A stretch of 64,000 nucleotides of DNA from an uncultured Acidobacteriota bacterium (lineage in GTDB: Bacteria; Acidobacteriota; Thermoanaerobaculia; Gp7-AA8). Positions within the stretch are counted from its first letter, which is position 1, and every line of letters begins with the position of its first letter. The stretch lies in assembly GCA_963822445.1 (NCBI GenBank), contig CAWGHO010000002.1, forward strand, positions 1,120,001-1,184,000. The letters run 5' to 3'. Made by a program: the position numbers and the translations under genes. Below, one piece after another: positions 52,474 through 64,000 of the stretch. The notes beneath the pieces were generated by a model. It was not told the origin of the DNA, ran no database searches, and saw only the letters and a list, made by a program, of their open reading frames with translations.

Positions 52474-53871
52474 TCATCGGCGCTCCCGTGAGATTGCGGC
52501 GCTGAGCGCTGCGGCGTAGTGATCGAGCTGCTCCTTGGTGTGCAACTCGGTGACGGCGACGAGGAAGTCGCGGTCGGAATCGGGGAAGAACGTCGACAGG
52601 GGAATGCCGCCGAGGATCTTTTCGTGCTCGAGATCGGCGAGGATCGTCGCGGCCGGGAACGGCGTCCGTACGACGAACTCGTTGTAGAACGGGCCGTTCA
52701 TCGGGAACTCGACCGACTTGATGTCGCGCAGCTTTCCGCGAAGGTAATTCGCCTTCTGCAGGCATTGCGTACCGACCTCGCGCAGGCCTTCGCGGCCCAT
52801 CAGCGAGAGATACATGTTCGCGGCGAGGGCGATCAGTGCCTCGTTCGTGCAAATGTTGGAGGTCGCTTTCGCGCGGCGGATGTGCTGCTCGCGCGTTGCC
52901 AGGGTCAGCACGTACGCGCGCTTGCCGTCGACGTCGACCGTCTCGCCGACCAGCCGCCCGGGCATGTGGCGTTTGAGGTGATCGCGCACGACCATGAAGC
53001 CGACGTACGGCCCGCCGAACTGCGGCGGCACACCCCAGGCCTGGCCCTCACCGACGCAGATGTCGAAGCCGTGCTGGCCGGGAGGCGTGAGCACGCCGAA
53101 CGACGTCGCTTCGGTGACGACGGAGATGCGGGTGATGTCCGGCGTGGCCTTGGCGACTGCGTCGTAGTCTTCGATCACGCCGAAGAAGTTCGGCGACTGC
53201 ACGGCGATGCCGAAGACCTGATCGTCGATGGCGCGATGAAGCGCGTCCATGTCGATGCGTCCGTCTTCGCGCCAGCCGACTTCGACGATCTCGATGCCGA
53301 GGTTCTGGATGTAGGTGCGAACGGTGGCCAGGTAGTGCGGATGAATGGACTTCGCCAGGATGATCTTGTTCTTGTTCTTCGCCACGCGGTCGGCGAGCAG
53401 CACCGCTTCGCACAGCGCCGTCGATCCGTCGTACAGCGACGCGTTCGCGACGTCGAGCCCGGTGAGCAGGCACTGGTGGGTCTGATACTCGAAGATCGAC
53501 TGCAGCGTCCCCTGCGAAACCTCGGGCTGATACGGCGTGTACGCGGTCAGGAACTCACCGCGAAGGAGCAGCTGATCGATGCACGCGGGCTGGTAGTGGT
53601 GATACGCGCCGCCGCCGAGGAATGAGGCGTGATCGACGGCGGTGACGTTGCGGGCGGCGAGGCCGCGGAACCAGCGCCGGCTCTCGATCTCCGACCAGGG
53701 GCCGGGGATGTTCAGCAGGCTATCGAGCTTGACGTTCTGCGGCAGCGAGTCGAACAGCCGATCGATCGAGTCGACGCCGATGACCGCGAGCATCTCGCGG
53801 ATGTCCTCGCCGGCGTTGGGGATGTAGCGGTGGGAGTTGGATGGGTCGGTGGGATCGGGAAGATTGGTCAT
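52474..53871 (-). CDS. gcvPA: Glycine dehydrogenase subunit 1
   Basis: TAYTPYQPEVSQG, NASLYDG, QFGGP, REQHIRRAKATSNICTN. Confidence 0.95.
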   Translation of the reverse strand: MTNLPDPTDPSNSHRYIPNAGEDIREMLAVIGVDSIDRLFDSLPQNVKLDSLLNIPGPWSEIESRRWFRGLAARNVTAVDHASFLGGGAYHHYQPACIDQLLLRGEFLTAYTPYQPEVSQGTLQSIFEYQTHQCLLTGLDVANASLYDGSTALCEAVLLADRVAKNKNKIILAKSIHPHYLATVRTYIQNLGIEIVEVGWREDGRIDMDALHRAIDDQVFGIAVQSPNFFGVIEDYDAVAKATPDITRISVVTEATSFGVLTPPGQHGFDICVGEGQAWGVPPQFGGPYVGFMVVRDHLKRHMPGRLVGETVDVDGKRAYVLTLATREQHIRRAKATSNICTNEALIALAANMYLSLMGREGLREVGTQCLQKANYLRGKLRDIKSVEFPMNGPFYNEFVVRTPFPAATILADLEHEKILGGIPLSTFFPDSDRDFLVAVTELHTKEQLDHYAAALSAAISRERR

Positions 53872-53882
53872 CGCAGGCGACG

Positions 53883-54284
53883 TCAGTGTCCCGCTTCTTT
53901 TTCGAGAAACTCGTCGTACTCCTCGGCGCTCATCAGGTCGTCGTGCTCGGTGTGGTCCTTGACGCGGATCTTGACGAGCCAGCCGTCGCCGTATGCGTCG
54001 TTGTTCACGAGCTCGGGGCGGTCCGTCAGGGCCTCGTTGATCTCGATCACTTCCCCGGAGACGGGGGCGAAGAGATCGGAGACGGCTTTCACCGATTCGA
54101 TCGTGCCCATCTCTTCGTTGGCGTCGAGCTGCGTGCCGACCTGGGGAAGCTCGACCGCGACGACGTCGCCGAGCTCCTTCTGGGCGTGATCGCTGATGCC
54201 GATCGTGGCCACGTCCCCTTCGAGATGCGCGTACTCGTGCGTCTTGGCGTAACGGTTGTCTTCAGGAATGGACGTGGCAGCCAT
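53883..54284 (-). CDS. gcvH: Glycine cleavage H protein
   Basis: THEY, GISDHAQKELGD, lipoyl site IESVKA. Confidence 0.95.
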   Translation of the reverse strand: MAATSIPEDNRYAKTHEYAHLEGDVATIGISDHAQKELGDVVAVELPQVGTQLDANEEMGTIESVKAVSDLFAPVSGEVIEINEALTDRPELVNNDAYGDGWLVKIRVKDHTEHDDLMSAEEYDEFLEKEAGH

Positions 54285-54313
54285 CGGATACTCCTCCGGG
54301 GCGGGGCATCCCG

Positions 54314-55405
54314 CTATTTCGCTCGTTTGTAGAAAGGTGTTGGAACGACCCGGGCCCGGGCTTCTTTTCCGCGGACAAGAATCGTGAACTCGTTGCCCTG
54401 GCCCGATTTGTCGAGCGGAAGATATGCGAGGCCGATCGCTTTTTTCAATGTCGGCGAGTGCGTGCCGCTGGTGACCACGCCGACCTCTTCCGAGCCGTCG
54501 ACGACCGGGAAACCATGACGGGCGATGGCCTTGTCGATCATCTCGAAGCCGACCAGCTTCCGCGGAGGCCCCTGGTCCTTCTCCCGCGCCAGCACGTCGC
54601 GGCCCGCGAAATCACCCTTGTCGAGCTTCACGATCCAGGCGAGATCGGCCTGAATCGGGGTGGTCGTGTCGTCGATGTCGTTGCCGTACAGAGCCATCTT
54701 CGCTTCGAGGCGGAGCGTGTCCCGGGCGCCGAGGCCGCAGGGCTTCACGCCCCTGGCGACGAGCTTCTTCATGATCCTCGGCGCGTCGTCGGGTGAGACG
54801 TAGATCTCGAAGCCGTCCTCGCCGGTGTAGCCGGTGCGGGAAACGATCGCCTTCGCGCCGTCGACGGTGCCCTGATCGAAGCGGTAGTACTTGATTGCGG
54901 GCAGATTCACATCGGTCATCGTCTGCAGAACCCGCTCGGCCTCCGGACCCTGAATCGCGAGCTGCGCGTAATCCGCGCTGACGTTCTTCACCTCGACGTC
55001 GAGGCCCGTGGCTGCATCGCGGAGCCATTCGAAGTCTTTTTCGGTGTTCGAGGCGTTGACCACGACGAAGTAATCATCGGCGGACATTCGGTAAATCAGG
55101 ATGTCGTCGACGAAGCCGCCGTTCGGATAGAGCAGGCCGTTGTACTGGGCGCGGCCGTCTTCGAGCTTCGAGACGTCGTTGCAGGTCGCTTTCTGCAGAA
55201 GCTCGACCGCGTCTTTGCCGCGAACGATGACCTCGCCCATGTGCGAGACGTCGAACACGCCGACTTTCGTGCGCACGGCCTCGTGCTCGTCGAGAATCCC
55301 GCTGTACTGCACCGGCAGCTCCCAGCCGCCGAAGTCGACCATGCGGCCGCCGAGGTCCTTTTCCGTCTGATTGAGCGGGGTTTTCTTGAGGGTTACGTCA
55401 GACAT
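54314..55405 (-). CDS. gcvT: Glycine cleavage aminomethyltransferase
   Basis: DFGGWELPVQY, FDVSHMGE, SRTGYTGEDGFE, GLGARDTLRLEA. Confidence 0.96.
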   Translation of the reverse strand: MSDVTLKKTPLNQTEKDLGGRMVDFGGWELPVQYSGILDEHEAVRTKVGVFDVSHMGEVIVRGKDAVELLQKATCNDVSKLEDGRAQYNGLLYPNGGFVDDILIYRMSADDYFVVVNASNTEKDFEWLRDAATGLDVEVKNVSADYAQLAIQGPEAERVLQTMTDVNLPAIKYYRFDQGTVDGAKAIVSRTGYTGEDGFEIYVSPDDAPRIMKKLVARGVKPCGLGARDTLRLEAKMALYGNDIDDTTTPIQADLAWIVKLDKGDFAGRDVLAREKDQGPPRKLVGFEMIDKAIARHGFPVVDGSEEVGVVTSGTHSPTLKKAIGLAYLPLDKSGQGNEFTILVRGKEARARVVPTPFYKRAK

Positions 55406-55433
55406 GAGGGCGTAACGTAGCACAATGGTTGCC

Positions 55434-56336
55434 GTGACCAACGAGATCGGCCAGTTCCTCGATTACCTGACTTACGAGCGGAACGTTTCGGGCAACACCA
55501 TCAGCGCGTATCGCGACGATCTCGAGTCCTTCATCGGCTTTCTCTGCAACGACTACTTCACCATGGGGCGCGATCAGATCGAGCTGCGCCGCATCGATCA
55601 TCTGGCCGTCCGCTCGTATCTCGCGCATCTGTCCCGCCGCAAGCTCGCGCGGGCGTCCGTGGCCCGGCATCTGTCGGCATTGCGGTCGTTTTTCAAGTAC
55701 CTGGTTCGGGAAGGAGTGGTCGAGGCCAATCCGGCGCGAACGGTTTCTTCGCCGAAGCGCGAGAAGCACCTGCCGTCGGTGATGCAGCCCGCGGATGTGA
55801 CCCTGTTGCTCGAACAGCCCGACACCTCGACGACGCTCGGCATTCGCGACGCAGCCTGGATGGAGTTGCTGTACGCATCCGGATTGCGCATCAGCGAGCT
55901 GGTGGGCATCGACGTCGACGACCTCGAATTGCGCTCGCGGCTGGTCAAAGTGCACGGCAAGGGATCGAAAGAGCGGATCGTGCCGTTCGGGTCGAATGCG
56001 GAGGAGGCGGTGCGCGCGTACCTGGCGGTTCGTGGCGAGATCTGTCGCGATGTCGATGAGCAGGCCGTGTTCGTGAACTATCGCGGGCAGCGCATCACGA
56101 CGCGAAGCGTGCGGCGCCTCTTCGACGGATACCTGCGAAAGGCCGCCCTGCGAGTGGGCATCTCGCCGCACACCATGCGCCATTCGTTCGCCACGCATCT
56201 GCTGAACGCCGGAGCGGATTTGCGCGGGATTCAGGAGCTGCTCGGGCATGCTTCGCTGTCCACGACGCAGAAGTACACCCACCTCAATGACTGGCAGCTG
56301 ATCGCGGTGTACAAGAAAGCGCATCCGAGGGCGTAG
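55434..56336 (+). CDS. xerC: Tyrosine recombinase XerC
   Basis: LYASGLRISE, GKGSKER, SPHTMRHSFATH, LGHASLSTTQKY, HPRA. Confidence 0.9.
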   Translation: MTNEIGQFLDYLTYERNVSGNTISAYRDDLESFIGFLCNDYFTMGRDQIELRRIDHLAVRSYLAHLSRRKLARASVARHLSALRSFFKYLVREGVVEANPARTVSSPKREKHLPSVMQPADVTLLLEQPDTSTTLGIRDAAWMELLYASGLRISELVGIDVDDLELRSRLVKVHGKGSKERIVPFGSNAEEAVRAYLAVRGEICRDVDEQAVFVNYRGQRITTRSVRRLFDGYLRKAALRVGISPHTMRHSFATHLLNAGADLRGIQELLGHASLSTTQKYTHLNDWQLIAVYKKAHPRA

Positions 56337-56433
56337 TAGGCGGTAGGCAGTAGGCGGTACGCCGCTTCGCGGCTCGCAGGAGGCCGCCACCCATCCACGA
56401 TGACGTCCCTCCCGCCTACCGCCTACCGCCTAC
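56336..56433. repeat. Heptamer tandem-repeat palindrome with internal GCCGC-TTC-GCGGC hairpin
   Basis: TAGGCGG TAGGCAG TAGGCGG ... CCGCCTA CCGCCTA CCGCCTA. Confidence 0.82.
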
Positions 56434-56443
56434 AATCCCCCTC

Positions 56444-58288
56444 GTGATCCGCGCCATCGTCCACCACGGCTTCGTCGGCGAAGCCATCGAGTACTTCGCC
56501 GTGGTGGCAGGCCCGGACGTCGATCGCCGCTTCTTTTTCGAGCAGATCAACGCCCAGCGCGGGGACGTGGTGCGCTACTTCGGCGGCAATTCCGAGATCG
56601 TCCTCAATCCCGAAGGCGTGCGGTTCCGCGGGAACGGCGGGATCTTCGGCGAGTACATGTTCGGCGGGCATCTGCCGGTCGGCGATCTACTCAACGAACA
56701 GGTCGTCAATCGGCTGATCCTCTTCGGCACGACCATCGAGCCCCGCACGCACGAGCTGCGCTTCACCACGCACACGGACGGCTTCGAGACCTGGGACAAC
56801 CTCTTCCTGCAGGGCAACGCCGTGGCGAACTACTTCTTCTTCATCGACGACCGCAAGCGGATGCGCGACGTCGGCGATCGCCAGGAACAGACCCTCAAGA
56901 GCGTCGGGAAGCTGCTCAAACGCTCGCGCAAAGTCGGCGCGGGGCAGTTCCTCGCGCTCGCGCACGAGTTTCTGGAAACGCTCAAAGAGCCCGAGTCGAC
57001 GGTGGTGATCGTCCGGGCGGTTCATCGCGCGAATCAGCAGCTGGCCGACCTTTGCCAGAAGGCCTACGCGTCGGCGAAATCGCTCGAAGACGTCTCCGCG
57101 GCCCTCGTCGACCTCGACATCGAGCCGTACCAGCGCGAGCGCATTCAGATCGACGTCATCTACCGCCATCCCGACAATCAGGAGCTGATCGACGAGTACA
57201 AGCGCATCCTCGCGTCGTGCGCGGGCTCGGTCATCGACTCGTCCGCGCGGGCGCGGCTGATGCGCCTGCGCACGCTTTCGCTGCGCAACGAAGTGCCGCT
57301 CTCGATCTTCGACAACCTCGAGGAGATCGTGCTGCAGGAGCCGCGGGGAGTCGTAGCGAAACACGACGAGCCCGAATACATTCAATCCACCCGCGAGATC
57401 CTCGGCGGCTTCCTTCTCGGCCGCAACATCACCCGCAAGCTCTCCTCGCTCGACCTGGTGCAGCTCATGGAGAACAAGCAGAAGGCCGCCGCGAATCGCG
57501 ATCAGACCTTCGAAGAGCTGCTGCTCGAGACCGGCCGGCTGATCGACGAGATCGGCCGCGAGGAAGAGGACTTCGAGCGCCTGGAATCCTTCGGCGAGCT
57601 GGTGACGCTCTTCGATCGCATCGATCACACGACCACGCTGATCAACAAGCTCGCGTTCATGGACGACATCGAGATGACCCAGGAGCAGATCCGCTCGCTC
57701 CTCGGCAACATGCAGGTCTTTGAGAAGCTGCAGCGCGGCCTCTTTCAGCAGCTCTTCATCGACCCGGTCGTGAACAACGAATACGCGCTGGCCTACGGGA
57801 AGAAGAAGCTCTACTCGCTGACACTCGGCCTGATCTCGATCGAGAACAACGAAGAGTCGATCGCGGGCGTGGTGGAATCGATCGTGGCCATCAATCGGCA
57901 CGAGCGCGCGTACTTTGCCGCCTACAACCTCGCCCGCCGGCGCATGGCCAACTTCTACCTCGAGCTGAACACAGCGGAAGGCCGCGAGACGTTCCGCCGC
58001 GAGATCAAGGCGGAGATCGCGCACGACCCGGAGCTGCACGAGCTTCGCGAACAGGTCACCGAGGGCTTGCTCGAAGAGGTGATCAACAAGATCCGCCTCG
58101 AGGCGTTCTACATCAATCAACTGCTGCCGAAGATCGTCGAGGACCAGGACGCGCGGATGCGCGAGGACTTCCTGTCCAACTCCGGCCTCGATCGCTTCCA
58201 GGTCGAAGAGCTGGAGAGCGAGTACTTCGAGATGAGGTCGTTCCCGCCGCAGTTGCTCGATGTGATTCAGCGGCCTTCTCTGCCCTGA
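56444..58288 (+). CDS. TIGR04442-like uncharacterised protein, 614 aa
   Basis: N-terminal HG...IEYF...RFF and RGNGGIFGEYMFG...VVNRL, C-terminal REDFLSNSGLDRFQVEELE; the family name is from memory and not searched. Confidence 0.65.
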   Translation: MIRAIVHHGFVGEAIEYFAVVAGPDVDRRFFFEQINAQRGDVVRYFGGNSEIVLNPEGVRFRGNGGIFGEYMFGGHLPVGDLLNEQVVNRLILFGTTIEPRTHELRFTTHTDGFETWDNLFLQGNAVANYFFFIDDRKRMRDVGDRQEQTLKSVGKLLKRSRKVGAGQFLALAHEFLETLKEPESTVVIVRAVHRANQQLADLCQKAYASAKSLEDVSAALVDLDIEPYQRERIQIDVIYRHPDNQELIDEYKRILASCAGSVIDSSARARLMRLRTLSLRNEVPLSIFDNLEEIVLQEPRGVVAKHDEPEYIQSTREILGGFLLGRNITRKLSSLDLVQLMENKQKAAANRDQTFEELLLETGRLIDEIGREEEDFERLESFGELVTLFDRIDHTTTLINKLAFMDDIEMTQEQIRSLLGNMQVFEKLQRGLFQQLFIDPVVNNEYALAYGKKKLYSLTLGLISIENNEESIAGVVESIVAINRHERAYFAAYNLARRRMANFYLELNTAEGRETFRREIKAEIAHDPELHELREQVTEGLLEEVINKIRLEAFYINQLLPKIVEDQDARMREDFLSNSGLDRFQVEELESEYFEMRSFPPQLLDVIQRPSLP

Positions 58289-58318
58289 AGCGAGAGCGCA
58301 AGGATAGAGTTTGAACCC

Positions 58319-60304
<1,986 letters not shown>

Positions 60305-60318
<14 letters not shown>

Positions 60319-62377
60319 CCGCGTCCCTGAACTCCGGCCACTTCACCATCCGCCCCGGAATGCGCGAGCGCGGCAGCGCGAGCAGCTCGCGTTCTTCATG
60401 CGGCGCCGGAGCGCGATCGAGCAGCGCCGCGAACGCGTTCTTCAGAAACACGCGGTCGTTCTGACAATCGGGTCCCCAGGTCACGGTTTCCGCGAGATTC
60501 TCGAGCCTCACCTCGCCGCTTTCCAGTCGCGGCCAGACCGTTTCGGGATGAAATCCGAGGCGGGCGATGAGCGGGACCACGGCCTCGCGATCGAGACGCT
60601 CCGGCGGGAAGTTCGTCTTCGAGTTGCGCCACGCCGTCTTTGCGTCGATCAAAGCCGGGAGACGAACGAGTGGCTCGCCGATGTCGATGTCCGCGAACGC
60701 GGCGGCGAGAGCGCGCTGATCGGCGGCGCCGGGAACGCGGACGAAGTCGAAGTCGAACGCCAGCGTGTTCACGCCGTCGATCCAGAGTCGCGCCGGTGCG
60801 TTGAACGACTGTTCGCTCCATTCATGCGGAAGGGCGAGCTCGCCGAGCGCGTGACCGTTGAGCGACACGCGCATGGTCTGTCCCGCGGCGACGGGAAGCA
60901 CGCGCATGCGGATGACGTCGTCGCGCGAGCTCCATCGCGGCATGGTGATCGTCGCCCGTTCCGCGGTCGCCCAGCGGAAATCGCGTTCCGGGTCGCCCCA
61001 ACCCTCGCTGTGAAACCAGGTCGCGTTGCCGTCGATCTCCGGCGTCGCGTAGTGCAGCCGGAAGTTCTCCAGCGATGACGCGAGGACGACCGGATAGCCG
61101 CACATCCAGTTGCGCGATTCCGGCTCTGAAGTGAAACCGGCTGTGACGAGCCACGACGCGCGATTGGTCCGGCGCTGCACGTCCGCAACCTCCGCCGCGA
61201 AAATGTGGACGACCTTCACCCGCGGCGGCAATCGCATCAGGTAGTAGCGAAGCGAGACCTCGGACCACGGCTCGGCGGCGATCACCAGATCGCCTGGCTT
61301 CGAGTGATTCCAGATCGTCAGCGCGATCTGCCGCCAGTCGAGTTTCTGAAAGGAATCGTTCCGCGCTGCAGCCCACGTTTGCGACGCGATGACCCCCGCA
61401 ACGAGCACGGCCAGCCACTCCCGTCGCACGATCGCGGAGATTCCAACGGCCGCGAGCAGCACGAATCCGATCAATGCCGGCGTGACGTAGCGCGCCGCGA
61501 AAAAGTGGTCGAACACGCGCAGGGAAGCGATGGCGATGACCAGCGGCAGCACGGTCATCCCGATCAACACGATGGCCTCCGTCGGCTGCCGGCGAGCGAT
61601 GACGACTGCACCGACTATCGCGAAGATAAGCATCGCCACGGCAACGCGTCCGCCGACGGACATGCCCAGCGCGGAAACGGTGAAGGTTCGGAGCAGCGGA
61701 TCGAAGAAATCCGAGCTGAGGCCTGGAAACCCGGGCCACGCGGCGTCCTCGACGGGGTTTGCGGCATAAACGACGCGGAACAGAACGAGTGTCACCGCCG
61801 ACGCGGCCGCGGCGCGCCAATACCAGCGCTCACGCGTTCGCAGCGCGCACAACACGGCGACGATGAATGCCGACGCGACGACCGGCGCGGCCACCGCGGC
61901 GGTGTAGAGCATCGCCACGAGAATGGCGCACAACGCGCTGAACCATTTCGCGCGCAACAGCACCAACACCAGCGCGGCCGTCAGGAACATCAGCAGCGCA
62001 TATCCGCGGGCTTCGCGGCTGTAATAAACGTGCAGTGGCGAAACGGCGAGAAGGATGGCCGCGGCGCGCGTCGATTTCGATGCGAACCAGACCAGGGGAA
62101 TGGTCGCGACGCCGAACAGCGCCGCCGCCGAACGGCCCGCGGCTTCGCTCGTCCCGAACAGCCGCGTCGCCAGTTGCGTCAGGTAGTACAGGCTGCCGTG
62201 CTCGTCGTGCAGCGACGTGATCCAACGCCACCAGACCTGCTCGCCCGCGCGCGTCGTCAGTTCCTGATGAAGGATCTCGTCGAGCCAGTAACTCGGTTCG
62301 CCGAGCGCGTCGAAACGGAGAAACGCGGCTACGCCCACGATGGCGGCCAGCAGCACCCAGCGAGCGGCGGCGGTCAC
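60305..62377 (-). CDS. PMT/ArnT-like (GT39/GT83) membrane glycosyltransferase
   Basis: SYWLDE, SPLHVYYSREARGYAL, ARY, DWR; many TMs plus an extracytoplasmic C-terminal domain. Confidence 0.82.
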
Positions 62378-63588
62378 GGACTCTTCGGCGCGACTACCCA
62401 ATCGGTCCAGACCCGCGCGCTCTCGTTGCCGCTCTTGTCGATGGCCGTGACGGCGTAGCGGTAGGCGATGCCGAGGGCCACTCTCACATCGACGAAGTCG
62501 GTGGCTGTGAAGATCTGGCCGCCCTCGATGGGAATCGTCCCGACATCCTTGATCTCAGCCCCATGCCCAGCCCCCTCGGCACGATAGAGCTTGTAGCCGG
62601 CCAGGTCCGCCGCCTCGACCGCGGGCCAGATCAGGCGCACCGCTTTCGTTTCGATGAGCGGAGTGAGCGACGCCGGAGCGGGAGGCGGAACGAGATCGCG
62701 GAACGTCGCCTTCACCGGCAACGACATCTCGCTCTGCAGCAGCGGCGGTCCGGCGTTGCCGACGGCGGTGATCCGGTACTCATGCTCGCCGTACGGCGGA
62801 ACGTCGGTGAAGGACGTCTCGGTAATCAGGCCCGCGTTTACGGGCTGGGCGAAATCGGGAACGGGCTCGCCGGGGGCGGCGCGGTAGATGTTGTAGCCGG
62901 CGATGATCGGCGGGTCCTGCGTGACCGACGTCGATGGCGCGGTCCAGGTGATCTTCACCCCTTCGGCCACTGGTGTCGCGACCCCGTCTTTCGGCGGCGC
63001 GGCGACGGGGAGCGGAACCAGCGAGACCATGTTCGAGATCTCGCTCTTCGCGGTCTTCCCGATGGTGACCAGCGCATACGTGACGCGCACCGGGCGGCCG
63101 TCCTGGGCGCGGAAAGGGGGGTTGTCGGCGTAGTAGAGCTTCGCGCCGGCGGTCGCGGCCGCCAGATTGGCCTTGTCTATGCTCTCTACCTCGCTGCTGA
63201 GCTTCGCAAACTGGGCCTGCGGGATCGTCGGAATCTTCGCGAACAACGCAACCGCCTGCGGCACCGACGGATCGGCGTTGCCGGGCTGCATGCTGTCGGG
63301 ATCGCGGCCGCCGGCCGGGACGGGAAGCTCTTCGACGTAGCGGTAGACGACGATGCGCTCGATCTCGGTGAGACTGCGGCCGGCCGTCGTCAGCGAGGGA
63401 TAGCTCCACGACAGAATCACCTGGCCGGCGCGCTGTGCTACAACGAGGTCGCTCGTCGCCTGCGGGATGACCGGAACGGGCGGTCGTGGATCGCCGCGTT
63501 TGCCACAGAAGAGGGTTGCGACGAACAGTAGCGCCAGGAGGCGCTTCGATTGATGATTGATGAATGATGATTGATGACTCGGGATCAC
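62374..63588 (-). CDS. Lipoprotein with fibronectin type III-like domains
   Basis: [37 protein letters not shown]; start codon uncertain. Confidence 0.8.
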   Translation of the reverse strand: MIPSHQSSFINHQSKRLLALLFVATLFCGKRGDPRPPVPVIPQATSDLVVAQRAGQVILSWSYPSLTTAGRSLTEIERIVVYRYVEELPVPAGGRDPDSMQPGNADPSVPQAVALFAKIPTIPQAQFAKLSSEVESIDKANLAAATAGAKLYYADNPPFRAQDGRPVRVTYALVTIGKTAKSEISNMVSLVPLPVAAPPKDGVATPVAEGVKITWTAPSTSVTQDPPIIAGYNIYRAAPGEPVPDFAQPVNAGLITETSFTDVPPYGEHEYRITAVGNAGPPLLQSEMSLPVKATFRDLVPPPAPASLTPLIETKAVRLIWPAVEAADLAGYKLYRAEGAGHGAEIKDVGTIPIEGGQIFTATDFVDVRVALGIAYRYAVTAIDKSGNESARVWTDWVVAPKSP

Positions 63589-63618
63589 TCATCGATCATC
63601 ACTCATCACTCATCAATC
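63548..63618. repeat. Heptamer tandem-repeat palindrome (TGATGAW)n ... (TCATCAC)n
   Basis: TGATGAT TGATGAA TGATGAT TGATGAC ... TCATCAC TCATCAC TCATCAA. Confidence 0.82.
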
Positions 63619-63635
63619 GCCAAGGACGACAAACC

Positions 63636-64000
63636 ATGTGCGGAATCATCGGATACGTCGGCACGCGTGATGTGGTGCCGGTACTGATCGGCGGCCTGAA
63701 GAAACTGGAGTACCGCGGCTATGACAGCGCGGGAATTGCCGTGGTCAATGGCAACGGCGTGGATGTCGTTCGCGCCGAGGGAAAGCTCTCGAACCTCGAA
63801 GGCAAGCTTGCAGACAGAGACGCTCAAAGGCACGTTCGGCATGGGCCATACCCGCTGGGCGACCCACGGGAAGCCGAACGAAAACAACGCTCACCCTCAC
63901 CGCGACTGCACCGGCAACGTCGTGGTCATTCACAACGGGATCATCGAGAACTTCCTGCCGCTCAAGCAGCGCCTGAAAGCGGCCGGCCACGAGTTCAAGA
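63636..64000 (+). CDS. glmS: Glutamine-fructose-6-phosphate aminotransferase (5' part; apparent frameshift near 63810)
   Basis: Manual translation MCGIIGY...[10 protein letters not shown] then GHTRWATHG...NAHPH...HNGIIEN. Confidence 0.95.
   Translation, partial: MCGIIGYVGTRDVVPVLIGGLKKLEYRGYDSAGIAVVNGNGVDVVRAEGKLSNLEGKLADRDAQRHVRHGPYPLGDPREAERKQRSPSPRLHRQRRGHSQRDHRELPAAQAAPESGRPRVQ

Noticed and set aside
55406-55433. Glycine riboswitch upstream of gcvT
   Set aside because: The gap to xerC is 28 nt and gcvT appears leaderless.
55434-56336. Tyrosine recombinase as a prophage or island integrase
   Set aside because: Length and motifs fit housekeeping XerC; no tRNA, att-like repeats or phage genes nearby.
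63589-63635. glmS ribozyme upstream of glmS
   Set aside because: Under 50 nt separate the divergent genes and it is mostly heptamer repeat; there is no room or motif for the ribozyme.

Overview
GC-rich bacterial chromosomal window, densely coding and mostly housekeeping. The gene content and a secreted protein ending in KRRAARH suggest Acidobacteriota, possibly Thermoanaerobaculia; that placement is inference. Housekeeping blocks: rrf2-sufBCDS, glyQS-ppdK, plsY-gpsA, an mccAB-like pair, selB, polA, moaDE, argF, nfo, icd, prmC-hinT, gcvT-H-PA-PB, xerC and the start of glmS. Accessory content: several membrane glycosyltransferases, two ECF sigma loci, a RAYT transposase with its flanking REPs, a DUF6036-like nucleotidyltransferase two-gene module and a TIGR04442-like protein. 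Several conserved genes (sufB, glyS, ppdK, prmC, yyaL, glmS) carry small indels that look like assembly errors. The most unusual signals are non-coding: (1) an unexplained ~310-nt run of hairpins upstream of polA with minus-strand G-U/GNRA bias, a candidate ncRNA; (2) about 20 genes with a -10 hexamer 6-9 nt before an SD-less start, including back-to-back divergent pairs; (3) four sigma54-like promoters in front of small or envelope proteins; (4) six short-tandem-repeat palindromes that abut promoters and invade protein termini; (5) a mirror-image promoter pair for an anti-sigma-less ECF. No rRNA, tRNA or CRISPR array was seen. All family names are recognised from motifs by eye; no searches were run.
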